Shown: piece after piece, positions 38,227 through 51,651 of the stretch
Layout of the letters: each line of letters starts with the position of its first letter
Position numbering within the stretch: position 1 is the stretch's first letter
Assembly: GCA_965645245.1 (NCBI GenBank)
Contig: OZ287068.1
Location: 434,001-498,000 of the forward strand
Reading direction: 5' to 3'
DNA length: 64,000 nucleotides
From: Massalongia carnosa
Lineage: Eukaryota
Program-made: the position numbers and the translations under genes
The notes under the pieces: generated by a model
Told to the model about the DNA's origin: nothing
What the model saw: the letters and a program-made list of their open reading frames with translations, nothing else
Databases searched by the model: none

Positions 38227-39521
38227 ATACCTACCACATGATATGTTGGTTGGTCGTGCCTATCGGTCACTCGGAGCCGAGGGGCGAAGTGCTATGTACT
38301 GGTAAGTACTCCGTAAATCCAGTGTACAGAAGGCCTTAGTGCTGCGTATTGTGTACTATTTACAGTGTACTCGTACTGGTACTGTACAGAGTAACAACTG
38401 CGTATAGTAAGTAGGCAACTCGCTTCGATTACTACTTTCTTGACACGATTACGGAGTATGGAGTAACTGTGCAACTACCGCGTACAGAGTACCAAGAATG
38501 GAAATGGCCACCTACGTTTGACTAGTTCGTTATAGAGTACGTGCTCGCCGTCCTCGTCGCTCGGGATTGTTAGACGTGCCGAAGAGCCTTACTGGCACTA
38601 CCCACACAGTACTTAAATTCCATCCACGGCCCCAATATCGGTTGACGAATCACGATGAACCAATCGGTATCCCACTCCTCGTCGGGCCACGCAAATGATG
38701 GGATGGGGCTGAAAGGGTTGATCGGCATCCTCGAAACGCAGATCATTCATCACCTGAAGATTATGCCATGAAACCCTCCATAACATACCGATGCGGCATG
38801 CAGGAGAATTCTTAACTATGTATCTAGAATCCATTCGGAGAGTGTGCAGTTCTACGTAACTCTGCCCGCCAGCCTTCAACTCCTTGACACGGCAATCAAC
38901 CGGTCATCCATTCTCTGACACCGGGACACCCATTTGCTTCCTCTTCCTCCCCCCCTTCCACCACCACCTTACACATCCCTTGTTTCTCCAAAACCCCCGT
39001 CTTTGGTGTGCATGTGGGCGTATTCCTCGTCAGCGTCGTTCCACCAATCTATCCTCAACGGACTCTTATGGCCCCCTTCATATTCGACGCGCGTCCAGCC
39101 GGACTGAACACGAAGAGTCCTCGTTTCATGTGGGCCAGATTTATTCCCACCCTATCTCTTTCTGTAGCAACGGTGAACGAGGATGATGCTACCATCCTTG
39201 ATGCAAAGGCTTGATCCTTAGGCCTTCTGCAGGAATTTCTCGGCTTCGATTCGACGCCTTTCGGCAAGCCGATCTCATTCAAACAATGCATGGGAGTCAG
39301 CTCATAAAACAATGCGTTATGGTCTGATACAATGACGTGCACACTCACCATACGTTATAGGATTTGCACCGAGGTTTCTAAGTGTATAAAGCTTTACCGA
39401 ATTCCCTTCACATATCATTCTGACCTTAACTGAGCAGTTCTTGACCCATACCACCCTTCCTTTAAAGAAAGCCTTTCCAAGTCACCCTTTCTCTCACTCA
39501 ACCCACACAATCGTTGACAGG

Positions 39522-39896
39522 ATGAAGACTTGTATTTTCGTCTCCCTAATTGCCCTAGTGGCTCCTATCTGTGCAGTCCCACTGGAGGCACTGGATGCGC
39601 GTCATTATAAGCATCATGGCACCGGTTATCGGTTCCACCCCACAGGAGTGCATCCCACTCGTTCTTTCCCGCATCCCACGGGGATACACCACAATCCATC
39701 GCTACCTGGAGGCCCGCGGTTTCCATCTCCCACTGGAAGGCTTTCCATTTTACCACTCCCAGTGGGCCCACCGATTCCCCATCCAACCGGCGGGCCCATC
39801 ATTCCGACTGAAGCGCCCGTAGAAAGCCTCCCTGCCGGCGGCCCGACACACACCAAGCCACTTGATCCAGAATCAACAATTCCTAGATCCGTCTAG
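39522..39896 (+). CDS. Small secreted His/Pro/Gly-rich protein with (H)PTG repeats
   Basis: Signal-like MKTCIFVSLIALVAPICA, short pro-piece VPLEALDAR, repeats FHPTG/VHPTR/PHPTG/PSPTG/PHPTG; TATAAA about 135 bp upstream. Confidence 0.7.
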   Translation: MKTCIFVSLIALVAPICAVPLEALDARHYKHHGTGYRFHPTGVHPTRSFPHPTGIHHNPSLPGGPRFPSPTGRLSILPLPVGPPIPHPTGGPIIPTEAPVESLPAGGPTHTKPLDPESTIPRSV

Positions 39897-40838
39897 CGAT
39901 TGAGTTCGAGCTACATGCCTGTCATAGCCTTGGCTTCTAGAGGCATTGAAAGCCTCGACAACGCCTTCGCCGCAGCAGATCCATAGCAGTATGTGGCTTA
40001 TGATACTGGACGGGGTGGAAGGAAATTTGGAGGGCCACAAGCCGGTACCGCTTGTCGCGAACTGCTAGTTCTGGTTTTGTGGGGTTCTGGTATATTAAGG
40101 AGGAGTTTCTCATGACATGAGCACATCAAAGACGGAGTCCCCTTCATGATTGTCGCTATGAATCGAGGAATAGTCGTGGATAACCGGTTTGAAATTTTTA
40201 TAGAAGGCTTGTGTATCGACTAAGGTGCTTTCCAATACAACGTGAACTCATCCGATCTGGTTCCTGTGCTGACTACTGCTTTGGTTTCCGCGTTAAAAGG
40301 GTGATTTAATAGAGCCTGACTGATCACGTCCAATGAATCGTGCCTCAACATTCCTAGGCTAGATAGCAAAGCCTAATCTTGCAGTCTAGACATTCTCAAC
40401 GAGAATATCGAGTCACGCAATATCCGAGGATTTAGGTCTTCATTGATCGACCTCCACGTGGCCGCCAGCAACGGGGTGAATTGGGTGAATTGGGTGAGTT
40501 GGGTGAGTTGTGTAGATGGTGGGGAGAACGGCCCCAGGGGTTGATTCCTTATCGATAACAGGCGGGTGGCGCGTGTGTTGTCAGGTGCCGAAGCAGAGAA
40601 AGCGCATCAACTGAATTGGGTAACATAAGTGACTCGACACACTTCCATCCGGCGTCGCACACCGTTCAGGACCCCAACAGAGCACCTTCTTACTGGCTTG
40701 AATTATCAAATATTCTTTCCCTTCGATCCAGAGCATTTTCCCGCCACCCCGCTTCAAGTACGCTGGTCCACGCTCCCGTCTCTTGGGTTTTCATCTCACG
40801 TTCTCAACTCGGAAGGTGATGCACGCTGAAGCGCGTTC

Positions 40839-42425
40839 ATGACGACTGCCGGCGCATCCTCATACTATCTTCCTACGCCCATGGTCTCCTACCCTCAGCC
40901 GAATGGCGCCACCACAACTCATGGTCCTCCTTCGGTCAACTCCCGAAGCGCTGCGACCCGGCGGCATCGCAACAGCCGCTCACATGCTGGTGGGGCTTCG
41001 TTTAGACCACAGAACGAGTTTCCAAACTTTTCGCAGACGGGAGATGTTGAAATCATCATTAACGCGGACGGCCAAGAGAAGAGATATAAGCTACATCGGC
41101 TGATACTGGCGCAATGTTCAGGGTTCTTCGAGGCAGGCACGAGCGAGGACTGGTCAAGAGCGCAGGCGCGGGCGCATGCTGCTGAGACAGCGACAGGGCA
41201 CGGCAATGGACTGACTCCAATTGGGGAGGATGATGAGTCAAGCAATGAAATGGGCGGGCGGAGAGGTTCAGGCACACACTCCCACGAAAAGTTTCAGTGG
41301 AGATATGAGTTGGATTGGGGAACCAATGATGACGAGGTGCCCATGCTGGTGCAAAAGGTCGTCGGATTCCGCTTTGTTGCCCAATTCTCATACTGACCGC
41401 TTCAGCAGGCTGCTTCGACTACGCTGTTCGGGGGCGATCCTGCGCCTCGGCCTCCACCTCTTCCGAGCAAACCGCCTGCGCCTTCTACGGGGTTCTTCCG
41501 CTCAATGGCTAACCTCACAGCCATGCAGTCCGCCTCCCACATACCGCAGAGCTTCCCCTCGGCAAATCCGGACAGCGATATTATCCGCGATTACGATAAT
41601 CTTTTCCGTATATTCTACAATTTCTCGCCTGCCTTGGACTCGGTCAACATTGCTGAAAGTTACATTCAATGCAAGACACTCCTTGGGTTGGCGGACATGT
41701 ACGATGCATTGGAAGTCGTTGGCCCACGCATCGACCACCATCTCCTGCAATTTCAAAGTCGGCTGTGGAAGCAAATCGCCAAATATCCTCCCAGCTATCT
41801 CAAACTTGGCTACTTGGCCCGCTCAAAAGTCATTTTTGCGGAAGCGCTCGTGCACGTCGTTGGTCAGTGGCCGTCCGGCTCCAATCAGCTGCGACATAAT
41901 GTCCCGGCGTCCGTGATCGAAGTGATCGAAGATAAGGTTAAGAATTTGAAGGAGAAGAAAGCCAAGGCTGAAGCACGTCTCTTCCGCCTCGCCTTAACAA
42001 CCCCAAGAGGCGAAAGGGTTACTCCCCAGAACTCCTATGTGGATTGGTTGGCACTCTCCTTGTTCCGTCAATGGCTCGCCGAAAACACCACCCCGCCATC
42101 GTCCGACAACAGACGGCCTGCACCCTCGCACGCGCAACCTCCACCGATCAACGCCGGAAGCCTCTACCGTGCACTCGGTGCGGGAGGATCGTCGTATCTT
42201 ACCCACGAAGAACTCAAACGCTTCCTGCGGATCAGGCCGGATGAATACAGTCGAGACAGCCTCAAAAAGTTCGAGAAACGCATGGACGAGATTAAGAATA
42301 TCGCGAGGGAAATCGTCAAACCGCTGATGAGAAACTATCTGGAGCTAGACATGGGGAGGGACGGAGGTGGGCTTGGGTATTTGACTTGCACGCGGGTGGA
42401 AGAGGCGGATTTCCCCTGGGATTAG
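40839..42425 (+). CDS. Conserved fungal protein with N-terminal BTB/POZ-like domain
   Basis: GDVEIII...YKLHRLILAQCSGFF; intron about 41358-41408; second exon YDNLFRIFYN...LADMYDAL...ALVHVVGQW...YLTCTRVEEADFPWD. Confidence 0.8.
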
Positions 42426-42980
42426 ATCGATGTGAAAAAATGCATTCTGCTTTTCATGGGCATATTTCACTTTTCATCGTTAGGGATTTCTGTTGGATCG
42501 TTTGCATATACCCTTGTTCTGTGGATTGTTTTACGGGCGTCATTGTTTGCGAGCGATGTTCACGATTGGATGAGATATATTGGAAACCAATATAACAAGT
42601 TTTCTTGCAACGAAACAATCGCCTCCACTTCAACGTGTCCGTAATGGGGTATTTGTTGTATTCTCGTGATATTCTCGTGGTGTCGATGACATTTCGAGGA
42701 CTCGTGCCGGGATTTACGGCGAAACGATGATCCGACAGTCATAAGATGATTTCGGCCATCTTGCCGCCTACATATATACACGTCCTCGGTTTACCTACCT
42801 TCAACTTACCACCATGGACAAACTTTATCTACAACTTTCCTCTTCCTCTCAATCTACTTTCGTATCCAGTTTAGATCTGATGCGGTGAATCTCGCTCACC
42901 AGCTAGCATCTGAGTCTTCCCCCCCCCAAAAAGCTCTCTCCCGCTTCCACCGGAAAAAGAAGGAAAATTTCCGTTGAAAA

Positions 42981-44314
42981 ATGCACGACCCCTTCCCCCT
43001 CCGCCCGCCCGCCTTCCTAACTGCCCTCACCACCCCTATCGCCGAGTCTCTCTCCCTGCATACCCTCCCGCTCCATATCCACGAAATCCTCCTCGCGACC
43101 CTCACCTACCACCTTATATGCACCGTCATTGCGCCTTTTCTCAGCGCCCGCCTCTTCCCTACCATCTACCCACAGCTCCCGCGGCGCACGCGGCTGAACT
43201 GGGACGTGCATGTGGTCTCCATGGTGCAGAGCGTGGTGGTGAACGCACTGGCGCTGTGGGTCATGTGGGTGGATAAGGAGCGAGCGCGCATGGGGTGGGA
43301 GGCGCGAGTGTGGGGGTACGACGGGGCGGGGGGGATGATCCAGGGCTTTGCGGCGGGATATTTTCTGTGGGATTTGCTGGTTTGTGTGAGGTGGGTGGGG
43401 GTGTTTGGGTGGGGGATGCTGGCGCATGCGGTAGCGGCGTTGGTGGTGTTTTCGTTGGGTTTTGTGAGTTTCTTTTATACTTCACGAACGAATCCATCTT
43501 ACATCGCTCGTCTCCTCTCTATCCCATCAAACTTCCCGCCCCCTACTAACCTATCTTGTCTGTCATAAAGCGGCCCTTTGTCAACTTTTACGGGCCAACC
43601 TTCATCCTCTATGAGCTCTCCTCTCCCTTCCTGAACCTTCACTGGTTCTTCGACAAGCTACGTATGACCGGCTCCCGCGCGCAATGGTACAACGGTATTC
43701 TCCTCCTTTCTTCCTTCTTCGCTTGCCGCCTCCTTTGGGGCACCTACCAGTCCGTGCGCGTCTACCAGGATGTGTGGGCAGCGCTGCACCACAACGGCGG
43801 CCTTGCCTCCCTGTACTCTTCATCTTCTGCAGCTGCATGGGGGGCGGATAAGGTTGGGGATAGAATCGCTCTTTCGTCAACAGGCGTGATGCGTTTCGCT
43901 ACGGACCCCCACGTGCCCGTCTGGCTTGCGTGCACGTACCTGGGCAGCAACGTGGTGCTGAACACCCTCAACTTCTACTGGTTTGGCAAGATGATCGAGA
44001 CGGTGCAGAAGCGATTTCGCAGCCCACCGAATAAGGGCGTGGGGGCCTCCTCCACGCAGCATCACCACCATCTTAGCGGTTGGGGGAGCGGGGTGGTGGT
44101 GGTGGAGGGCACGGAGGTTGATGGGGGGGAGGAGGAGGAGGAGGAGGAGGAGGAGGAGGAGGAGGAGGAAGAGGATGAGGAAGCAGAGAAGATGGAGGGA
44201 GAGAGCGATGAAGAGGAGGAGACGGAGGAGGAGGAGAGAGGCGCAGTAAGGGTCCTGGAAAAGGGCGTGGAGATCGAGGTCCAGAAAACCGAGATCCGGC
44301 GACGCAAAGTCTGA
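42981..44314 (+). CDS. TLC-domain (TRAM/LAG1/CLN8) membrane protein, TMEM56/Tda4-like, with acidic tail
   Basis: WDVHVVSMVQS, GYFLWDL, HAVAAL; intron about 43464-43570; FILYELSSPFLNLHWF, FFACRL, LNTLNFYWFGKMI; poly-Glu tail. Confidence 0.9.
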
Positions 44315-45348
44315 TTTGTTGGTTTCCCTACCCCTCTCTCCGTTGATTGAAGAATCCGTCTGTCCGTTCGCCCGTTCGCCCGTTCGTACAACTAATCGAC
44401 TAAGCTAGGTTAAGAAGCGGGCAGTCAGGCAGTCAGGCAGTCAGACAGTCATTATTCACTATACAAACTCGGTCGGTTGGTTGTTTCTTTTGGTTGTTGG
44501 GGGTGAAAAGGGGGGGGGGTTTATTTTGGTTCATCCATCCATCCACCATACATAGGTATTTTTCCCTCTGTTTCTCTTTCTGTCTATCTAGCGGGTTCTG
44601 TTTGGGGGGAGGGTTGGTGATATAGGGAGCCGAGAGAGATAACGGGGAGCGATGATGGGGGAAGAGATAAGCAAGAGGAGGAGGGGGTTAAGAGGGTGGT
44701 GGATATAAACATATAACATATATATATACATATGCGTGTAATAACTAATAATTTCTTTTTTTTCCCCTGGCGCTTTCCCTTTCCCTTGCCCGTGTTACGT
44801 TACGTACGTTATTATATACGTACTAAGGGGGGGGCTAGGTTTAGTTGCGAGTGAGTGAATAGGTGAGTGTTATTTTTTGCTGGTTTTCTTGCTTGGAAAA
44901 AGGGGGGAAGTTGGTATTTAGAGAGTATCTAACCTATATCACCTACCTAGTGATTGTAGCTAATCAAAACCTGGATGAATGGGGTTTGGTCCCCGTTACG
45001 GGAGGGTCCGGGTCTGGAGGGGGGAAAGGGGGTTGTTCTTTTGCAGGATCATCGTCATGATATGTATGTATGATTATTTTCCTAACTTGTCTACTACATA
45101 TCTCTACTAGGTAAATCTATCGACATTCGCTTTCCCTTCCCCACTACCGGCGCTCAAGAACCGTGCCTCGAGAATCGAACGAAGAACGAAGGAGGTAAGG
45201 AAGTGCCCACTCGGATAATGGCTGAAGGCTGGGGGGCCAGGGTAAAGCCTGAGGTGTTTGTTTTATCTTGGAGGGGTTGTGGTGTGGGTGGGTGGGTAGG
45301 GGTAGTAGTAGTAGAACTAAGTGGTAGTGGTAGTGGTAGTGGTAGTGT

Positions 45349-45737
<389 letters not shown>

Positions 45738-46039
45738 AGAGAGAGAGAGAGAGAGATGGCTGGGGGTTGGCGGTTTCGGCGGAGGCGAGTTTAGGGGGAA
45801 AGGGAGGAATGAGCGGTCTCTGTTTGGCGATGGATTAGTGGGATACTCGCCGCCTTAGAAGGGGAGGGAGGGGTCTTACGGCGGATGAGGAGGAAATGGT
45901 CTTATACAGGGGTTGGAAATGGGGTGGCGGAGCGAGTAGAGGTTTGGAGCGGGATGCATCACAACTGCGGTTGTACAATATCTCCACCCGCTAGATTTTG
46001 AATCCTCGAACAACGGTTCTCCTCGTTTTAGCAACAGCC

Positions 46040-47545
46040 TCAACGTCTCTTCCTAATCACCTCGATTCCATGCATCCACGGCCAAAGCACCTCCGGAACC
46101 GCCACACATCCCTCCTTCTCGCTCCAGCCCAGCTCCAAGAGCGCAGCAATAACCCGCGGCACCGCCACCGCGGTCCCGTTCACCGTGTACGGGAACTCCA
46201 TCTTGCCCGGCGACAGGCTCTGCGATGCATCGCGGCTGCGCACCCTCGTGGCCAGCCGTCGGGTTTGATAATCGCCGCAGAGCGACACGGACGTGACTTC
46301 CCCCCACCCGGCATCTTTTTCGCGGCGCGAAGGGAAATATGCCTCGATGTCGCGCTTGCGGACAGCGCTGGCGCCCAGGTCCGCCGATGGCATTTCCAGG
46401 ACGCGGCAGTGCAGGCCGAGGCTCTGGTGGATTTCCGTCTGGATGGCGAGCATGGAGTTGAAAAGGCTGAGGTCTTGCTCCGGCAGAGTCCATCCGAACA
46501 TTTCCACCTTGGTGAACTCATGCACGCGGTATAAGCCTTTGGTCTCAACCCCTCGCGCGCCTGCCTCGGCTCTGTAACAACGGCTAGACCCCACGACGCG
46601 CAAGGGCAGCTCCGTCTCCTCCATGGTGCAGTTAGCCTTCATGCTCGCAAAGGGAATTTCCGCAGTGCCGGCGAGGCTCAGATCGGGTTTGCCCGTTCCT
46701 TGGTGTTTATCGCTCTGCTGCATCGTGTACACTTGCTGCTCGCCGTTCTGGCTGCGCGGGCGGAAGCCACAAGCTGCGCCAATGTGCGAATATACCATTG
46801 ACGGCGGCGAGATGACTGTAAAGCCGTGCTTGACCGCTACACTTATCGCATATTGAACCAGAGCCTGCTCCAGAAGAGCTGCTTCGTTTCTGAGGTAATA
46901 CCACCCCCAACCACTCGTTGTTGCGGCGGCGGCAAAATCCAGCAGATCAAGGTCATTTCCAATGTGAACATGGTTCCTCCAGATCCGACCCGAGGAGGAA
47001 GGAGGTTCCGGGTGATCATTGATATAACCTACTACCATCGGCTCTCGGCCTACCGGCGTCTCTTTGCTCGTCAAATTGGGAAGCTCCGAAGCCAAATCAT
47101 TGATTTCCTCCGTCAGCCGTTCTTCCTTTGCCTCTATCTCCCCAATCTGCTGTTTCAGCTCCCGGGCCTCCTCCAGATGACTTTCCCGTGGGTGTTCGTC
47201 GGCCTTATCATCAGCTTCGCGCCCGCTAAAGGTTTTCGCATGGGACAGCTTGGTGCGGATATCGTTGTTCTTTTCCCTTAGACCACGGCCGTCGCGCTGC
47301 AGCGCTTTCCATTCGTCAAAGAGCTGGATGATTTTGAACGGCGAGTCGCTTAGGGGCTTGTAGTTGCGGTCAATGCAATTCTGTGAGTAGAGTTCAGGGT
47401 TTTGTCGGATGTGCTTGACGTTGATTGTGGGCTTGGGAGCTATTGAAGGAAGAGGATCTTGCCGCAATGCCGAAGTGCTAAAATGGCAGCTTCTTGGGCG
47501 TGATAGAAGCTTGCTAAAGGCTGTTGTCAGATTATAGCCTTTCAT
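46040..47545 (-). CDS. Seryl-tRNA synthetase, mitochondrial type (Dia4-like)
   Basis: Mitochondrial-type presequence; LPNLT, GWGWYYL, LAGTAEIP, CYRAEAGARG..GLYRVHEFTKVEMF, EVTSVS.CGDYQTRRL and NGTAVAVPR. Confidence 0.95.
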   Translation of the reverse strand: MKGYNLTTAFSKLLSRPRSCHFSTSALRQDPLPSIAPKPTINVKHIRQNPELYSQNCIDRNYKPLSDSPFKIIQLFDEWKALQRDGRGLREKNNDIRTKLSHAKTFSGREADDKADEHPRESHLEEARELKQQIGEIEAKEERLTEEINDLASELPNLTSKETPVGREPMVVGYINDHPEPPSSSGRIWRNHVHIGNDLDLLDFAAAATTSGWGWYYLRNEAALLEQALVQYAISVAVKHGFTVISPPSMVYSHIGAACGFRPRSQNGEQQVYTMQQSDKHQGTGKPDLSLAGTAEIPFASMKANCTMEETELPLRVVGSSRCYRAEAGARGVETKGLYRVHEFTKVEMFGWTLPEQDLSLFNSMLAIQTEIHQSLGLHCRVLEMPSADLGASAVRKRDIEAYFPSRREKDAGWGEVTSVSLCGDYQTRRLATRVRSRDASQSLSPGKMEFPYTVNGTAVAVPRVIAALLELGWSEKEGCVAVPEVLWPWMHGIEVIRKRR

Positions 47546-49129
47546 AGCTGTGATTTAGAAAGTAGATCAGTTGTAAAAGAATGCAAGAAAGAAAAGAAAA
47601 AGAGTGTGAAAGCCCGTAGATTTTGTCTTCAGCTGCTAATCATGTGGGTTAAAAAAAGGTTACCGGCGTTGGGTGATTGTTGAGGCACGTGATCAGCCAC
47701 GTACTTATCAATCCCTACGTTACATCAAACTACTATCAAGCCCATCCTTGTTGGAATGCTCTTCAATTGTGTTCTCGGAATATATATCTCACCCGGAGCA
47801 ACTCACAGACAAGTTTAAGGCGCTTTAGGTAGTAAGCGGATCACCCAAGTGGACTGGGAATTGAGTGCAGGGGAAATGGAACCCGTACTAGCAATGGCCA
47901 TTAAGCTGGTGATGTAGGATTCTCATCTATAATCGTTTCACGGACTGACTGACTGAAGGAAGCCTCAGGCTACATCGAAATCCACTAACCCTTGGCTATA
48001 ATATTATCCGGAAGTGTCAATGAACATCTTCAGGCAGTTGGACTCGTGTAGGAATCCACTTCTCTTGGCAATCTTAAGAAACTTGACCGACGTAATCGAT
48101 CTTGCGGGCATACACGCTTGGTTGGTATCATTCCCTTACGAGCGCATTAGTTATGAGCTAAAACTAACAATTTGGTGAACATATACTTTGTTCGTATGAA
48201 AAACTGTATTCCTTTCATCAATACAATCAGCCTCTCTTCATAGTTGAGAATCAATGTGTACTCATTATCCGTTAGGCCATCTTGTATTCGAATTTCTGTC
48301 ACCCTTTTCTTCTTCTCTGCTGATTAATTTGCTGTTTCCTCTTTGTAGTAGTTGATTATAGCAAGCATGAAGATGTTAACTTCAACTTATTCCAATAGTA
48401 GGAGGCTGGGAAGCGAGCAACCAACGCCTATTTACTCTGTCATGGAACCTGCTTTGAGATGCCTGCTGTTTTTTCAGTATATCGCACAAGAATCTCATCC
48501 TTCTCCTTAATGATAGGTTGCAGCAGGTTCGGCTAGAGTGATTGGACCAAAAGCCTATTTATTATACAGCTCACTTGTTGATTCAGGATGACAAGAAAAA
48601 TTTAATCTTGTTCATAATTGACCACCAGCCGCACTTCGAAACCCAAAGGTTGAAGACTTGAAACGACTGGCGGCCAAAGGGAACGTGACAATCTGATGAT
48701 TCCCCCCCAAAATTTTATACCTGTCGTAGTCAAGCTCGGTCTACTTCCGCATAGAAAAAACCTTTTTACACAAGTCTTCGTTCAGGAAGCTCGCTTCAAC
48801 CACCGATGTCCTCTTCGTTCCGATGCATCAGCGGCTCAACCTTGGCAACCTGGCTGCCCTTGCACCTAGGCGGGTGTCCTCTTATCTATTCAAAAATGTC
48901 ATTATGATCTCTGAATTCTCTGTTCTCAAGCGTTTGGGTGTTTATATGCTTGCAATGTTATTTTAACGATAAAAATCTATCTTAACGATACAAATACTCT
49001 GAAGCTTGAATTTTGCTCCTTCATTGCCATGTTTTGATGCATAGTTTTGCTTACATGAAATCACACTGCATCATCATACATTTATCTAGAATTGACTGGG
49101 TGATTTTCGATCCTAGTCGAGTTATTTAT

Positions 49130-50976
49130 ATGTTTATCATGACTAAGACGCTGTTGGTTTTCTTCATTATGTTTGCTACGCTCATAAAGATGCCAATGGC
49201 TATCCCTTATATCCATACACGTCAAGAGATATGGGGGAATATTGAATGGGGAGGTCTGATAGAAAATACGATCAATACTTTGGGTACATTAGGCACTGGA
49301 GTTGGCAACTTCTTTCAGGACCCAAACCTATCGGATTCATCAGCAATACAGAAAAAGCAAGGCGCGGGCCCCCTTAATGAATTGGATATAGAAAATAATC
49401 CTCCCCAGGCTCCATCGGATGTTCCAATAGGTGGACTAGGCTTCACTGGAACAGGGCTTGCAGGTGGGGACGATTGTGATCCTACCCAGGTAAGTACCCG
49501 TTGCTCTGGCAACTTCAGGTGATCTATGGGAAGCCCAATACATATAACTTCAAAGCCCGAAGGGCTAGCCATAGCTAATGCTTATATCGCCTTCCCAAGG
49601 TAAATGCAGGTTGTGGCGTGGCCACGGATCAACTTGTTTTCACTTCAAGTTGCGCACATATAGAACCTGGTCAAGTTGCTACCGAGGAAGTTAAGGCTCA
49701 AAATCAAGTTATTCAAGACGAACTAACTGCAATGGTTGAAAAGAACAAACGGGCCGCCATGACCGGATTAGGTCTTCGCATATCCACGTCCACGCTCTGT
49801 GACGTGATATTCTTTGCAGGCCAACTGACGCCGGCGCAAATCGAGACTGCAAAGAAACTCCCTGGTGTTGAAGCCATTGTGCCCAACCAATCCATTGAGC
49901 TTGGCGACTCCTCATCAACCTCAGAACATGATATAAAAGATCCTGTAGGGGCGCCTCTTCCGTTCAAGAGAAGCCATCTTGAGAAGCGTGACCGGGTTAT
50001 AAGGGACTCGGCTGCCTTCGAGGATCTGAGGTTCATCTCGACTCCACCTAAAGTTCCTGTTCTCTCAAATGATTACTCATATTACGATTACGCTGGTGGG
50101 GGTGTAGTAGTAATAATGATTGATGCTGGCGTGAACATTCTCCATGAAGAGTTTAAATCCCGCCCACGTCCTGTCATTCAACACTATATTTATGCGCTTG
50201 ATACTAGCCAGGAGCCGGACGAGCATAGCAAAACTGGTTCATGCCGTGTCTCGAAGGTCGTCGGCCCCAAATATGGAGTCGCTAAGGAGGTGGATGTGGT
50301 TATTGCGAAAATTTTGAAATCAATGGGCTCTGTCATAGATGCAATAAGTAAAGTTTGCGAATTTCTCAAGAGCAAAGCATTTGAGGGGCAAAGTGTTGCT
50401 GGATACCACGTTATGACAATGACAATACATTGGCCATCCATGGACGCGTTACCTAGGCATCGATTCGAGTTGTTTCTGTCCATCCTGGTGAAATACTATC
50501 AGGTTGTGGTGGTCTTCAACGCTGGTTCGGATCCAACTCGTACCAACGCAGAGGTCTCCGAATGGCCTGCAATCCTTTCCAAAACTTATGATGTCATCAC
50601 TGTCGGAGCCGTCAACGCAAAAACGGGGAAAACATATCCATGGACACCGACCGGGACGGGCCTAATCACGAGCGCACCTGGCAACGTTCAGTGTGCATGG
50701 TACAGCCCTGGAGATGGGCCCATCGATTACCAGCAACCGTATTATAAGTCAGGGACAGATGTTGCCGCGGCCCAAGTTGCTGGATTGGTGGCCTATATCC
50801 TCTCTCTCCCCGATGAAGGCCCCTTTGTCCGCTCCGACCCGGATGGTGTCCCGAGGGCGATGAAAGGGCTGATTCGCAGCCGTTACGCCTATATAAGGGA
50901 AGGAGCCACTGAACCAGCTATCTGGAATTTACTAGGAGACAATCTCCCAGGGGTACCTACACAGCCCGAGGAATAG
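49130..50976 (+). CDS. Secreted subtilisin (S8)-fold protein with degenerate catalytic triad
   Basis: Hydrophobic N-terminus; intron 49490-49599 in phase 0; I9-like prodomain end (LPGVEAIVPN); Kex2-like KR; IDAGV, YGVAK, FNAGS, ITVGAV, SAPG and SGTDVAAAQVAGLVAYILSL. Confidence 0.82.
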
Positions 50977-51239
50977 GACCAACGGGTCAATGAAGATGAC
51001 TGCTGGCCAAATCGACGTCAGGCAGAACTACTTTGAAAAAGTTTGAGCCCTCCCTGAAAGCATGGCTAAACCAAGGTGCTACGCCATTAACTTACTTTCG
51101 ATTTTAACTCCTCAAAACCACCCGAAGCCATCTCCGTACCTCGAGAACTTAGCCCCCATTCTTTTCGTCTCTGTCTTAACTCTATTAAGCTTATATTCCT
51201 CTCCCTTTCCTCCTTCGTTTCCCTCCTGCTTTTTCTTCG

Positions 51240-51651
51240 CCTCTCCAAAATTCTTATCGATCCAAACAACCTCCCACACATGCTCGTCCTAATTCGCGAA
51301 ATTCCGCACATACAAGGTCACCATATCCTGTTTCGTCGCCACATTCGCCTTCCCACCCTCCCTGCCACGCCGTCTCCACCATCGCATCAAACCTCCTCCC
51401 TAGAAGGCTTGGAAACGCAAGGACCTGCGTCGTGGCGGTGGTATCGGCGATGTTGCGGTCGGGAGAAAAGAGTGGAAGCGTGCGGGGGTGAGGAGCATGA
51501 TATTGGGGGTGGGACAGAGGGACAGGAGCATGGTGGTCAGGTCGGAGAAGTTGGGGTTGAGGGTGAAGCTGAGGGCAGTGTAGAAAGCTATGAAGGCATT
51601 AAGGGAGGCGACGGGAAGGTTGACGAAAATCCGAGGAACGGGGGCGGACAA
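51240..51651 (-). pseudogene. Glyoxalase/VOC-family (COG3607-like) pseudogene
   Basis: RIFVNLPVASL..FYTALSFTLNPNFSD...MLLT..RFHSF, then across frameshifts SREE..DAMVE...QD...LYVRNFAN*DEHVWEVVWID; no ATG in frame. Confidence 0.6.
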
